Shown: positions 7,465 through 16,044 of the stretch, piece by piece | Numbering within the stretch: position 1 is the first letter of the stretch | How the letters are laid out: each line of letters opens with the position of its first letter | Assembly: GCA_040755335.1 (NCBI GenBank) | Contig: JBFMAU010000002.1 | Coordinates: forward strand, 1 to 52,321 | Direction: 5' to 3' | Origin: Acidobacteriota bacterium | GTDB lineage: Bacteria; Acidobacteriota; Blastocatellia; UBA7656 | DNA: 52,321 bases | Notes under the pieces: generated by a model | Told to the model about the DNA's origin: nothing | What the model saw: the letters and a program-made list of their open reading frames with translations, nothing else | The model's database searches: none | Program-made: the position numbers and the translations under genes

Positions 7465-8799
7465 ATGATCAGATTTCGTTTGTTCGCCTTCTTTTTCGTA
7501 CTCGCTTCAATCGTTTTGCCTGCTCTGAGATTTTCCGGCGCAGGGGCGCAATCCGCAGTGAAAGTCGTTTACGCCGGACGCCTGATCGATGGCACATCGA
7601 ACGCGGTTCGCTCGAATGTCTCGATCGTCATCGAACGCGACCGCATACGCGAAGTAAGAGATGGTCGCGCCTCAATCGAAGGCGCGGAAGTCATAGACCT
7701 GAGCGACGCGACCGTCCTTCCCGGATTGATAGATTGTCACACTCACCTGACGATGGAGCTTGGGCGCGGTTCAGGGAACGTCTTTTTAGGCATGGGCCGC
7801 AGAGATTCCGACATCGCGCTCGCTTCGACCGTCTACACTCGTCGGACTCTGATGGCGGGATTTACTACCGTTCGCGATGTCGGAGCGGCTAACTTCATCG
7901 ACATAAGCCTGCGCGATCAGATCAACGCCGGAGCCGTCACGGGGCCGAGGATGTTCGTAGCTACTCGCGCGCTTTCGATAACGGGCGGGCATGGAGATTT
8001 CGGAGGCATAAGGGAAAATCTCGTTCCTGAGCCGGGTTATCGCGAAGGGATAATCAACTCGCCCGAAGACGGAGTGCGCGCGGTGCGTTATTTCGCCAAG
8101 TACGGCGCGGATCACATAAAGATCACAGCAACCGGCGGCGTGCTGTCGATAGCCGATTCCGGTTCGGGGCAGCAATTCACTCTCGAAGAGATGAAAGCTA
8201 TAGTCGAGACGGCCCGAATGCTTGATCGCAAAGTCGCCGCGCACGCGCACGGAGTTGCGGGGTTGAAAGACGCCCTGCGCGCGGGGGTAGCTTCAATCGA
8301 GCATGGAACATATCTCGATGACGAAGCCATTGCGTTATTCAAAAAGCACGGGGCGTATCTCGTGCCGACTATCATCGCGGGAAAGACGGTAGAGATGGCG
8401 GCAAAGGTGCCGGGATTTTTTCCGCCTGCGATAGAAGCGAAGGCGCGAGCGATAGGGCCGCTGATTCAGGGCGCGTTCGGGAAAGCCTACCGAGGCGGAG
8501 TGAAGATAGCCTTCGGCACTGACGCGGGGGTTTTCCCGCACGGTCAGAACGCGAAAGAGTTTGAATACATGGTCGAAGCCGGGATGCCTGCGATAGAAGC
8601 TCTACTTGCGGCCACGCGCAACGCGGCTGATCTGATGGATCAATCAAATAACATCGGCAGCATTCAATCAGGCCGCTTTGCTGATATCATCGCGGTCCGA
8701 GGCGACCCGACATCTGATATCAAGCTGCTTCAAAGTGTCAGCTTCGTGATGAAAGGCGGCACCGTTTACAAGCGAGACGGCAAGCCCGTCGTGCAGTAA
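7465..8799 (+). CDS. Secreted amidohydrolase-family metallo-hydrolase
   Basis: Signal peptide, PGLIDCHTHL, AAHAHG, IEHGT and FGTDAGV motifs. RBS AAGGAG. Confidence 0.85.
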   Translation: MIRFRLFAFFFVLASIVLPALRFSGAGAQSAVKVVYAGRLIDGTSNAVRSNVSIVIERDRIREVRDGRASIEGAEVIDLSDATVLPGLIDCHTHLTMELGRGSGNVFLGMGRRDSDIALASTVYTRRTLMAGFTTVRDVGAANFIDISLRDQINAGAVTGPRMFVATRALSITGGHGDFGGIRENLVPEPGYREGIINSPEDGVRAVRYFAKYGADHIKITATGGVLSIADSGSGQQFTLEEMKAIVETARMLDRKVAAHAHGVAGLKDALRAGVASIEHGTYLDDEAIALFKKHGAYLVPTIIAGKTVEMAAKVPGFFPPAIEAKARAIGPLIQGAFGKAYRGGVKIAFGTDAGVFPHGQNAKEFEYMVEAGMPAIEALLAATRNAADLMDQSNNIGSIQSGRFADIIAVRGDPTSDIKLLQSVSFVMKGGTVYKRDGKPVVQ

Positions 8800-8927
8800 T
8801 CAGTGAGTTGGATTTTGATTTTTCTGTAGGCCAGGTGCAAGCACCTGGCCGCTTACAACTGCTGATCGCTTGCCGTGAGACCGCTCTCAATACCATACTT
8901 GAAAGCGAATTCCCAGGAGCTATGCGG

Positions 8928-9284
8928 ATGGAGAAGCATTTCATGATTGAAACAAAGCTGGAGCAGATCATTGAAGCTGCCGACGCGCTCCCGCCTGAGG
9001 ATTTGCGCCGTTTGCGCGAGTGGCTGGAGCAAAAAGAACGTCAGGCGGCTGACCAGGGGCAACTCGAAAAAGAAGCAGAGAATTTTCGCAAGGCTATGAC
9101 GTGGCTTGATGAAAATCGCTCGAAGTATCTCGGTCAATGGGTCGCGCTGGATGGAGATAAATTGATCAGTCACGGTTTGGACGCTCGCGAGGTATATGAA
9201 GCCGCGCTTGCCGCAGGAATCGATTCGCCTGTGCTTGAGCGAGTCGTCGAAAAAGAAACCCAACCTTACTGGGCAGGGTGGTAG
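8928..9284 (+). CDS. DUF5678-like small protein (antitoxin-like fold)
   Basis: C-terminal GQWVALDGDKLISHGLDAREVYEAA pattern. Start chosen at ATG 8928, 8 nt after AGGAG. The track ORF extends upstream through a hairpin. Confidence 0.6.
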   Translation: MEKHFMIETKLEQIIEAADALPPEDLRRLREWLEQKERQAADQGQLEKEAENFRKAMTWLDENRSKYLGQWVALDGDKLISHGLDAREVYEAALAAGIDSPVLERVVEKETQPYWAGW

Positions 9285-9286
9285 CT

Positions 9287-9697
9287 ATGGCTGAAACGCT
9301 GACTTTTGCCGTGCTTCACAAATACGACACCAGAGAGACAGGCATCACCGTGCCGGTCGTGATGAAAGTCGGCAATAAGAGCGTCAGGTTTTCAGCAAAA
9401 CTGGATACCGGCGCGAGCGTCTGCATATTCGACAGAGCGCGAGGCGAGGCTTTGGGACTCGATATTGAAAGCGGCCTTGCTCAGAAGATAAGCACTGCGA
9501 CAGGAAGTTTTCTCGCCTACGGACACGAAGTGACGCTCTTTGTAGCAGGCATTGAGACATACACCACCGCCTATTTTGCCGACGACGATAATTTCACGAA
9601 AAACGTGCTTGGCAGACAGGGCTGGCTGGAGCGTGTGCGGCTGGGGCTTGTAGATTACGAAGGCAAACTCTACCTGAACAGATACGACGAGGAATGA
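9287..9697 (+). CDS. Retropepsin-like (clan AA) aspartic protease
   Basis: KLDTGASVCIF (DTGA active-site motif), about 137 aa. Its start nearly abuts the upstream stop at 9282-9284. Confidence 0.75.
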   Translation: MAETLTFAVLHKYDTRETGITVPVVMKVGNKSVRFSAKLDTGASVCIFDRARGEALGLDIESGLAQKISTATGSFLAYGHEVTLFVAGIETYTTAYFADDDNFTKNVLGRQGWLERVRLGLVDYEGKLYLNRYDEE

Positions 9698-9833
9698 GAC
9701 GCGCCGATTGAGGGCGAACGACAAGCGATATGGAAAAAGCTCGCCTCGAAAAAGCGGCGCGAGAATCAGAATCCTACGCAGCGATGGCCCGCGCCGCAAT
9801 CACTTCCAATTTTTGCAGAACGCCTGACACTGT

Positions 9834-11207
9834 TCACTGCTGTCGTTTGGCCGCGCGAAGAGAGATGTGCAGATATTCGGCTCTGCCGTCCGCGCCCGCT
9901 ACGAGCGCGAACGGCTGAGAGCCAGCGGGCATCGCGATTGAAAATCTCCCTTCGCCGATCTTTTTAACGACTCCCTCCGTGTTGCCTCGTTTGCCATAGA
10001 GCTTTCCGTCTTTGATCAATAGCTCGAATCGCTGCGGCTGCTGAACGTACACTCCCACATAACGAGCCATCTCCGCTTCGCTCATCGGTATCTCTTTTTC
10101 TGATTCTTTGACTTCGGGCCCAAGCGGCAGCATAAGCTCCATCGCTTTTTCCGCCGTCCGACTGAGCGATACGCCGCTGCGATTGCCAAGCGCGATCACC
10201 CCGAAACCGTGTTCCGGCGACATAGCGATGATCGAACCGTAGCCGCTGCGCGAGCCTCCATGCTGAATGATGCGCACGCCTCGATGCTCTCTTATCACAA
10301 GACCGTATCCGTAATGCGAATCCGAAGCGGGTATCTTCACCCGCGGCTCGGAGAGTTTCGCAATCAGAGAGGCTGAAAGAACCTGTTTGCCATCGAGCTT
10401 GCCTCCATTGACGAAAGCCGTGACGAATCGCGCGAGATCTGCGACGCTTGAAAAGATCGAACCTGCTGGCCACGATGCTGAATTATCGGCCATCGGTCTT
10501 ACGACGACAGGCTTGCCATTCGAGATGTTATGCCCCTGCGCCAGAGGAAAGGTCATCGCCATAGTCGGGCGAAGCGTCGTCGAGTTCATACCTGCGGGTT
10601 TGAACAAAGCGTCATTCAACTGATCGGCGTAAGGCTTGCGGCTCACTTCCTCGATGACGAATCCGGCGAGCCAGTAGCCCGGATTCGAATAGGAAATGAT
10701 CCGCCCCGGCTCCGTAAACAATCGGTCTTCCTTCCACGAACGCACTTCGTTCGAGAGCGCCGAATCATCATGCAAACCATACATAGGCGCGTCGTCTCTT
10801 ACGCCTGCCGTGTGCGTGAGGAGTTGATGAGCGGTGAGTTGCGCAAGACGGGGGTGAAGCCCGCGCGTGTAATTGCCTACGGGAAGGTTGAGATCGATTC
10901 GTCCTTCTTCAGAGAGAGCCACAAGAGCCGCAGCCGTGAACATCTTCGTAGTCGAACCTAAACGAAAGAGCATATCCGGTGTCACAGTTGCGCCGGTTTC
11001 GACGTTCGATATGCCGAAGCCTTTGGAGAAAACAACCCGGCCTTTGCTGATTACGGCCACTGCCGCTCCGGGCGCGTTTTTCTCTCGGATCTCTTCGAGT
11101 ATTACTTTTTCGAGCGCGCTGAAATCCGGCTCATTCGCGCGACGGACAGGAGCGACGATGGATACGAGGAGCAGGCTCATCGAAAGAATAAAAACTTTTC
11201 TGCGCAT
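9834..11207 (-). CDS. Beta-lactamase-related serine hydrolase (class C/PBP4*-like), secreted
   Basis: SxxK motif in FRLGSTTKMF, YSNPGY motif, signal peptide. ATG 11207 is preceded by AAGGTGA. Confidence 0.85.
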   Translation of the reverse strand: MRRKVFILSMSLLLVSIVAPVRRANEPDFSALEKVILEEIREKNAPGAAVAVISKGRVVFSKGFGISNVETGATVTPDMLFRLGSTTKMFTAAALVALSEEGRIDLNLPVGNYTRGLHPRLAQLTAHQLLTHTAGVRDDAPMYGLHDDSALSNEVRSWKEDRLFTEPGRIISYSNPGYWLAGFVIEEVSRKPYADQLNDALFKPAGMNSTTLRPTMAMTFPLAQGHNISNGKPVVVRPMADNSASWPAGSIFSSVADLARFVTAFVNGGKLDGKQVLSASLIAKLSEPRVKIPASDSHYGYGLVIREHRGVRIIQHGGSRSGYGSIIAMSPEHGFGVIALGNRSGVSLSRTAEKAMELMLPLGPEVKESEKEIPMSEAEMARYVGVYVQQPQRFELLIKDGKLYGKRGNTEGVVKKIGEGRFSIAMPAGSQPFALVAGADGRAEYLHISLRAAKRQQ

Positions 11208-11243
11208 GTCTTTCACCTTTTAGTTCGAGGATTGCCGGACAGT

Positions 11244-11426
11244 TCACTCTTCGACATTGAAACGTCGAAGGTCTTTTTTATGTTTCTCTCTTCGTTCGGC
11301 GCGAGTGCGTTTATCTTCGATCTTCTTCGAAGGAAGAATGGGCGCGCGCTCCTTTGGTCGGAGCTTTTCTTTTTTTATCGTTATCTTGCCGAGTTTTTTC
11401 GCCATAGTCGCGCCAATTATAATCAT
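11244..11426 (-). CDS. Possible small Lys/Arg-rich protein
   Basis: 60-aa ORF ...MAKKLGKITIKKEKLRPKERAPILPSKKIEDKRTRAERREKHKKDLRRFNVEE upstream of the hydrolase on the same strand. No clear RBS and no family recognised. Confidence 0.3.
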   Translation of the reverse strand: MIIIGATMAKKLGKITIKKEKLRPKERAPILPSKKIEDKRTRAERREKHKKDLRRFNVEE

Positions 11427-11530
11427 CGCCTGCGCGCGGGGCCAACTGGTCAGCCCCAGCGCGCCTGGGGTATGCTTGCACGGGGCGCTCCGGCGGCCCC
11501 TGCAACACAGTGTCTCGGAGAAAAATTTCT

Positions 11531-12943
11531 ATGAAAGCTATCCCCTCCGCTTCACATCGAAGCAGATTCGTCTGGCTCATTCTCATCGCTCTCACGCTTG
11601 CCGCGCCCAATTATCTTTTCTCTTCAACTCAGGCTCAAACGGACCGCCTCGCCGGTCAACCGCGAGCGGATTACAAGGCTCGGCGTGTGCGTCTTATGGA
11701 GCAGGTAAAAGATGGGATAATCGTCCTTGTCGGCGCGCGCGAAGAAGACCTGGGAGAAGTGGGCCGCTTCCGTCAGAAGAATGATTTCATGTATCTGACC
11801 GGAGTCGAAACGCCGGCGGCCTTCCTCATACTCGTGCCTGCGGGACTGACAAAAGAAAATCGATATCAGGAAACTCTCTTCATTCCGCCGCGCAACCCTT
11901 CGAAAGAGAGATGGACGGGCGTGCAGATGGGGCCGGGAGCCGAAGCTGAACAAAGGCTGGGCATCATGGAAGTCGCAAGCTCGGACACTTTTTATGATCG
12001 TCTGCACACGATGCTCTCCACTCTCCCGTTCAAAAGCGAAAGCGCGCCTGCCAAACTTTATACAGTAGTCGCTCACGGAACCAATGCGCTTACGGTCCGC
12101 GAACGGGAATTCACAGATCGCGTCAAACAGATGGCTCCGCACGCGCAGATAGCCGATGTGTCAGGCGTGATCGCAGAGATGCGCAAGATCAAATCGAAAG
12201 ATGAAATCGCGCTTTTGCAAAAGGCTATCGACATAACGGGCGAAGGCCAGCGCGAGGCTGCTGCCGTGATACGCCCCGGAGCTTTCGAATACGAAGTTCA
12301 AGCCGCGCTCGAATACGCCTTCACCCGCAACGGGGCCGAAAGAGTGGGCTTTCCGTCAATCGTCGGTTCGGGCTTCTACTCGACCATACTTCACTACAAT
12401 GAAAACCGGAAGAAGATCGAAGCGGGCGATACAATAGTCATCGACATAGGAGCCGAGTACAGTTACTACACGGCGGACATCACGCGCACATATCCGGCTA
12501 CGGGAAAATTCACCCCTCGGCAGAGAGCCGTTTATCAACTCGTCCTCGACGCGCAGCGGGCAGCCGAGCGGGCTTACAAACCGGGCGTGTCGCTGGGTCA
12601 ACTGCAACAGGCGGCAAGAGACGTGATGCGTCGAAGCCCGCTTCGCGACCGCGCGGGCAACACGCTTGATCGATATTTCATTCATGGGCTGGGACACTGG
12701 CTCGGAATGGATGTTCACGATGTGGGAAACTACGGGCCGTTGCCTGTCGGAGCGGTCTTCACCATCGAACCGGGTATATACATCCCCGACGAAAAACTGG
12801 GAGTAAGGATCGAAGACGATTACCTCGTGACCGAAACGGGGCTGGTGAAGATGAGCGCGAAGATTCCATCGGAGATTGAGGACATAGAACGAATGATGGC
12901 AGGATCAAAATCCGCGCCCGCTTCGTCGAGAGGCAATCGTTAG
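11531..12943 (+). CDS. pepP: Xaa-Pro aminopeptidase (M24B), secreted
   Basis: Creatinase/AMP_N region plus HGLGHWLGMDVHD, FTIEPGIY and RIEDD metal ligands. ATG 11531 lies after GGAG. Confidence 0.85.
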   Translation: MKAIPSASHRSRFVWLILIALTLAAPNYLFSSTQAQTDRLAGQPRADYKARRVRLMEQVKDGIIVLVGAREEDLGEVGRFRQKNDFMYLTGVETPAAFLILVPAGLTKENRYQETLFIPPRNPSKERWTGVQMGPGAEAEQRLGIMEVASSDTFYDRLHTMLSTLPFKSESAPAKLYTVVAHGTNALTVREREFTDRVKQMAPHAQIADVSGVIAEMRKIKSKDEIALLQKAIDITGEGQREAAAVIRPGAFEYEVQAALEYAFTRNGAERVGFPSIVGSGFYSTILHYNENRKKIEAGDTIVIDIGAEYSYYTADITRTYPATGKFTPRQRAVYQLVLDAQRAAERAYKPGVSLGQLQQAARDVMRRSPLRDRAGNTLDRYFIHGLGHWLGMDVHDVGNYGPLPVGAVFTIEPGIYIPDEKLGVRIEDDYLVTETGLVKMSAKIPSEIEDIERMMAGSKSAPASSRGNR

Positions 12944-12957
12944 AGACTGGACACCTT

Positions 12958-13063
12958 CCTGGGGGCGCACGCTTCCAGCGTGCTTGCTTGTGGAGTCGAG
13001 ACCACAGGGCTTTTTATAAGCTCTGCATTTGAAGTCCAGCACGCAGGATGCGTGCGCCCCCAG
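12958..13063. repeat. Nested palindromic (REP-like) element
   Basis: CCTGGGGGCGCACGC (12958-72) is perfectly complementary to GCGTGCGCCCCCAGG (13049-63). Each arm also forms its own GCACGC-N5-GCGTGC hairpin. Confidence 0.75.
12987..13016 (+). terminator. Intrinsic terminator candidate after pepP
   Basis: CTTGTGG-agtcgaga-CCACAGG followed by GCTTTTT. Confidence 0.55.
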
Positions 13064-13067
13064 GCCG

Positions 13068-15260
13068 CTACTTCATCTCCATCACCCACACGTTGCCTGT
13101 GGTTTCGGCGTATTCGTAAACGATCTGATTTCCGAGAGGCGACCACACGGGATAGCGGACATAAGTGTTCGGTCGGGTGTGAGAAGTCAATTGCCTTTGC
13201 TCTCTGGTGCTGCGCGAGACCCAGTAGATATTCCATACTCCGCCGCGCTCTCCGGCAAACACTATCTTGTCTCCGTCAGGAGACCACCCGCCTGTCCAAC
13301 TCTGCCCTCTGTCGGCTGTCAACTGAATGGCTTCGCCTCCGCCGGAGGGGATGATCGCTATGTGAGAGTCATCTCCGCGCTTCATCTCCATCGCAAGCCA
13401 GCGGCCATCGGGAGACCAGTGAGCAAAGCCCATCATCTCGCTGTCGAAAGTCAGTTGCCGCGGCTCTCCGCCTTCCAGAGGAGCTATCCACACGTTGACC
13501 GTCCCGCTCCTTCTCGAATTGAAGGCAATCGATTTTCCGTCGGGCGAAATTTTCGGGTTGAAGATATCGCCTGTCACCTCGGTGAGCAGCCGTTCTCTGC
13601 CGTCGCGAAGGTTTATCGAGCATATAACGGGGCGGCCTTCTCGCTGCGTCCGTATCGCGATGGCATCTCCTCCCGGAAGCCAGTCGACGAGGCTCAATCC
13701 AACGGGGTCGGTCGTCATCTGTGTGATGTTTTTTCCGTCCGTATCCACCACCCACACGTTGAAAGGCACGCCCGCGCGCCACACGTTGAAGGCTATGCGT
13801 CGGCCATCGGGCGAAAAAGCCGCGTTCGTTTTTCTGTAGCTCGTGTCGCTGGTAAGCATCCGAGGTTCAGACGCGGCTTTGAAGGAATCCGCAGAAAGCG
13901 CAATCGTTGCGAGATCGCTCGTCTGATTGAGCAGAGTGTAGGCCAGACGTTTTCCGTCGGCTGAAATCGAGAGATGCTTGGCGAGCGAAAGCCCCGTGCT
14001 TGTCACCTCGATGGGCGTACCTTCCCCTTCGCCCGTCTTTGAAATTTTCAGCCTCCACAATCCGAAGTTGATGGAGCCTGAAGACGCGCTGTAATAGATC
14101 CATTCTCCGTCGGGCGAATAGAGGGGATCGAAATGAAATTTGTGAGTGGGCGCGAGTCGTTTCAAATCGCCGCCTCCTGATGAAACCGTCCACATCTCCG
14201 AAAGCCCCGTGTCGCTTGCGACGAAAACCAATCGCTTGCCGTCGGGCGAAAAACGCGGCGACCCATGCCCGCCCGACGGCTGCCCCACCTGAGTGACGGG
14301 CGTCGGATGTCCGCCCTGAAGCGAAACCCGCCAGATAGTCGAAGGCGGCATTGTGAAAGCAGTCGTGCCGAGATCAGATATCCCGCCTGATTGAAATGCT
14401 ATCGCACCGCCGTCGGGCGACCACGAAGGGCGCGAGCCGAATTCCGAAAGTCTTCGCGCCGCGCCGCCAAGAGCCGGGATGACCCAGATGCCGCCGCGCG
14501 TCTTCGAGTGATAAGCGATGAGCTTTCCGTCGGGTGACCACGCGGGCTGAAGATTCTGCCCTCCGTCTGAGGTTAGCTGTATCTCGCGCCCGCCTGTTGC
14601 GAGCGGTTTGACATAAATTTCAAAGCTCCCTGCATGATCGGAACTGTAAGCGACCGAACTCCCGTCAGGCGAGAGAGTCGGATAGATATCCATGCCGGTC
14701 CACGTGGTTATCTGCGCCGTCCTGATCGGCGACGCGGGAGCGGTCGGACTCTCCCCGGTTTTGAGTTTCCAGACAAAGATAGATATGACGACGATTGCCG
14801 CGAGAGCGATGGCTGATAAAAGCAACGTCGCGCGGCTCACTCTGATTTTATTTCCGTGAGACGCTACCGTAGGTATGACGACAGGTTCGACGCGAGGCGC
14901 GGGCGAGCGGATAAAGTCGGCGTCTTCTTTCACGTCACAGATGAAGCGATAGCCGCGACGCGGAACGGTTTCGATGTAGCGTGGAGAGTCTGCATCATCG
15001 CCTATCGTCTGGCGAATCTCTTTGATGGCTCGCGTCAATGCGTTGTCGGTGACGAAAGCATCTTTCCAGATTTGGTCAAAGAGTTCCTGTTTTTCGACCA
15101 CCCGCCCGCGATTCTCCACAAGGAAGAGAAGCACGTCGAAGGCGCGAGGCGTGAGCGAGCGGGGCGTTCCATTTTTTTGAATGCTGAAGTTGTAGCAATC
15201 GATCAGCACATCATCGAAGTGATAAGAAGTTGCGCGAGGTTGACTCGATACTGCCATAGT
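13068..15260 (-). CDS. CadC/OmpR-type winged-helix DNA-binding protein with TM helix and periplasmic TolB-like (PD40) beta-propeller
   Basis: N-terminal LTPRAFDVLLFLVENRGRVVEKQELFDQIW...TVPRRGYRF, then a TM helix, then repeated SPDG..IA(F/Y) PD40 units. ATG 15260 lies after GGTGA. Confidence 0.85.
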   Translation of the reverse strand, partial: TMAVSSQPRATSYHFDDVLIDCYNFSIQKNGTPRSLTPRAFDVLLFLVENRGRVVEKQELFDQIWKDAFVTDNALTRAIKEIRQTIGDDADSPRYIETVPRRGYRFICDVKEDADFIRSPAPRVEPVVIPTVASHGNKIRVSRATLLLSAIALAAIVVISIFVWKLKTGESPTAPASPIRTAQITTWTGMDIYPTLSPDGSSVAYSSDHAGSFEIYVKPLATGGREIQLTSDGGQNLQPAWSPDGKLIAYHSKTRGGIWVIPALGGAARRLSEFGSRPSWSPDGGAIAFQSGGISDLGTTAFTMPPSTIWRVSLQGGHPTPVTQVGQPSGGHGSPRFSPDGKRLVFVASDTGLSEMWTVSSGGGDLKRLAPTHKFHFDPLYSPDGEWIYYSASSGSINFGLWRLKISKTGEGEGTPIEVTSTGLSLAKHLSISADGKRLAYTLLNQTSDLATIALSADSFKAASEPRMLTSDTSYRKTNAAFSPDGRRIAFNVWRAGVPFNVWVVDTDGKNITQMTTDPVGLSLVDWLPGGDAIAIRTQREGRPVICSINLRDGRERLLTEVTGDIFNPKISPDGKSIAFNSRRSGTVNVWIAPLEGGEPRQLTFDSEMMGFAHWSPDGRWLAMEMKRGDDSHIAIIPSGGGEAIQLTADRGQSWTGGWSPDGDKIVFAGERGGVWNIYWVSRSTREQRQLTSHTRPNTYVRYPVWSPLGNQIVYEYAETTGNVWVMEMK

Positions 15261-15542
15261 TTTCACCAATTGGTCGCTGCGCGGTCGGGCGACACTGAAA
15301 AGTCACGCTTCAGTCAGGCATCTGTCATTACCTGCTGGCCTTTCTCGATTATAGTCCCGGACTGTGGGTGAACAAAATCCACAGCCCTGATTGCAGATTG
15401 AATTCGGTTTGGGAAGGCGCGCGGATGCCTGTTTCCGCTCTTTGGGTTGTGCCTCTCAGCGGAGCAGGACGGCCTTCCCTATTTTTGCTCAACCGTCATC
15501 AACCTGCAATCCGGCATTTGAAAATGAGGAAGGGGTAGGGTT

Positions 15543-15965
15543 ATGAAAAAACGAATCATTCTGGCAATGGCTTTTATGTCTTTCGTCGCAGCGGTGTCGC
15601 TTTCTGCCTTCGCTCAGGCGCGAGGGTTGACAGCCGACATACCTTTCAACTTTACGGTCAAAGAGCGCGCGCTTCCCGCAGGCCATTACACCATCGAAGC
15701 GGTTCGCCTCGCCGGGTCGGATGCGCTTCGAATCATCAGCGCGGACGGGCGCATCAGCGCGACTGTGCTGGTCAGAGCGGAGAGCAGGGAGTCCGGGCAG
15801 GAGCCGCGTCTCGTCTTCAATCGCTACGGCGATCAGTATTTTCTCGCTGAGGTTTTCGGATTCGAGCGACGGACGGCGCATCAACTCGCGAGGTCGAAGC
15901 GTGAAGACCATCTTGCAAAGCTGGCTGACAGGTCTCGCGTGACGGTCGAGGCAAAGCAGAGGTAG
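15543..15965 (+). CDS. Secreted hypothetical protein
   Basis: Signal peptide MKKRIILAMAFMSFVAAVSLSAFAQA and a good RBS. No family recognised. Confidence 0.6.
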   Translation: MKKRIILAMAFMSFVAAVSLSAFAQARGLTADIPFNFTVKERALPAGHYTIEAVRLAGSDALRIISADGRISATVLVRAESRESGQEPRLVFNRYGDQYFLAEVFGFERRTAHQLARSKREDHLAKLADRSRVTVEAKQR

Positions 15966-15978
15966 AAGAAAGGAAAAA

Positions 15979-16040
15979 GCAAAAAGGCAAGGGGCAAAAG
16001 CTGCTGTTCGAACTTTTGCCTTTTGCCTTTTACATTTTGC
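15979..16040. terminator. Bidirectional hairpin made of TTTTGCC/GGCAAAA heptamer units between convergent genes
   Basis: gcaaaaaggcaaggggcaaaag - ctgctgttcgaa - cttttgccttttgccttttacattttgcc. Confidence 0.6.
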
Positions 16041-16044
16041 CTTC

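Noticed and set aside
7407-7892. Long ORFs starting at the ATGAAAA of the leader motif (also 23517-23930)
   Set aside because: They are out of frame with, and overlap, well-supported hydrolase genes. They are Arg-rich nonsense. The peptide similarity between copies is explained by nucleotide conservation of the leader. Only in copy D is the frame short (6 codons), so a conserved leader peptide is not supported.
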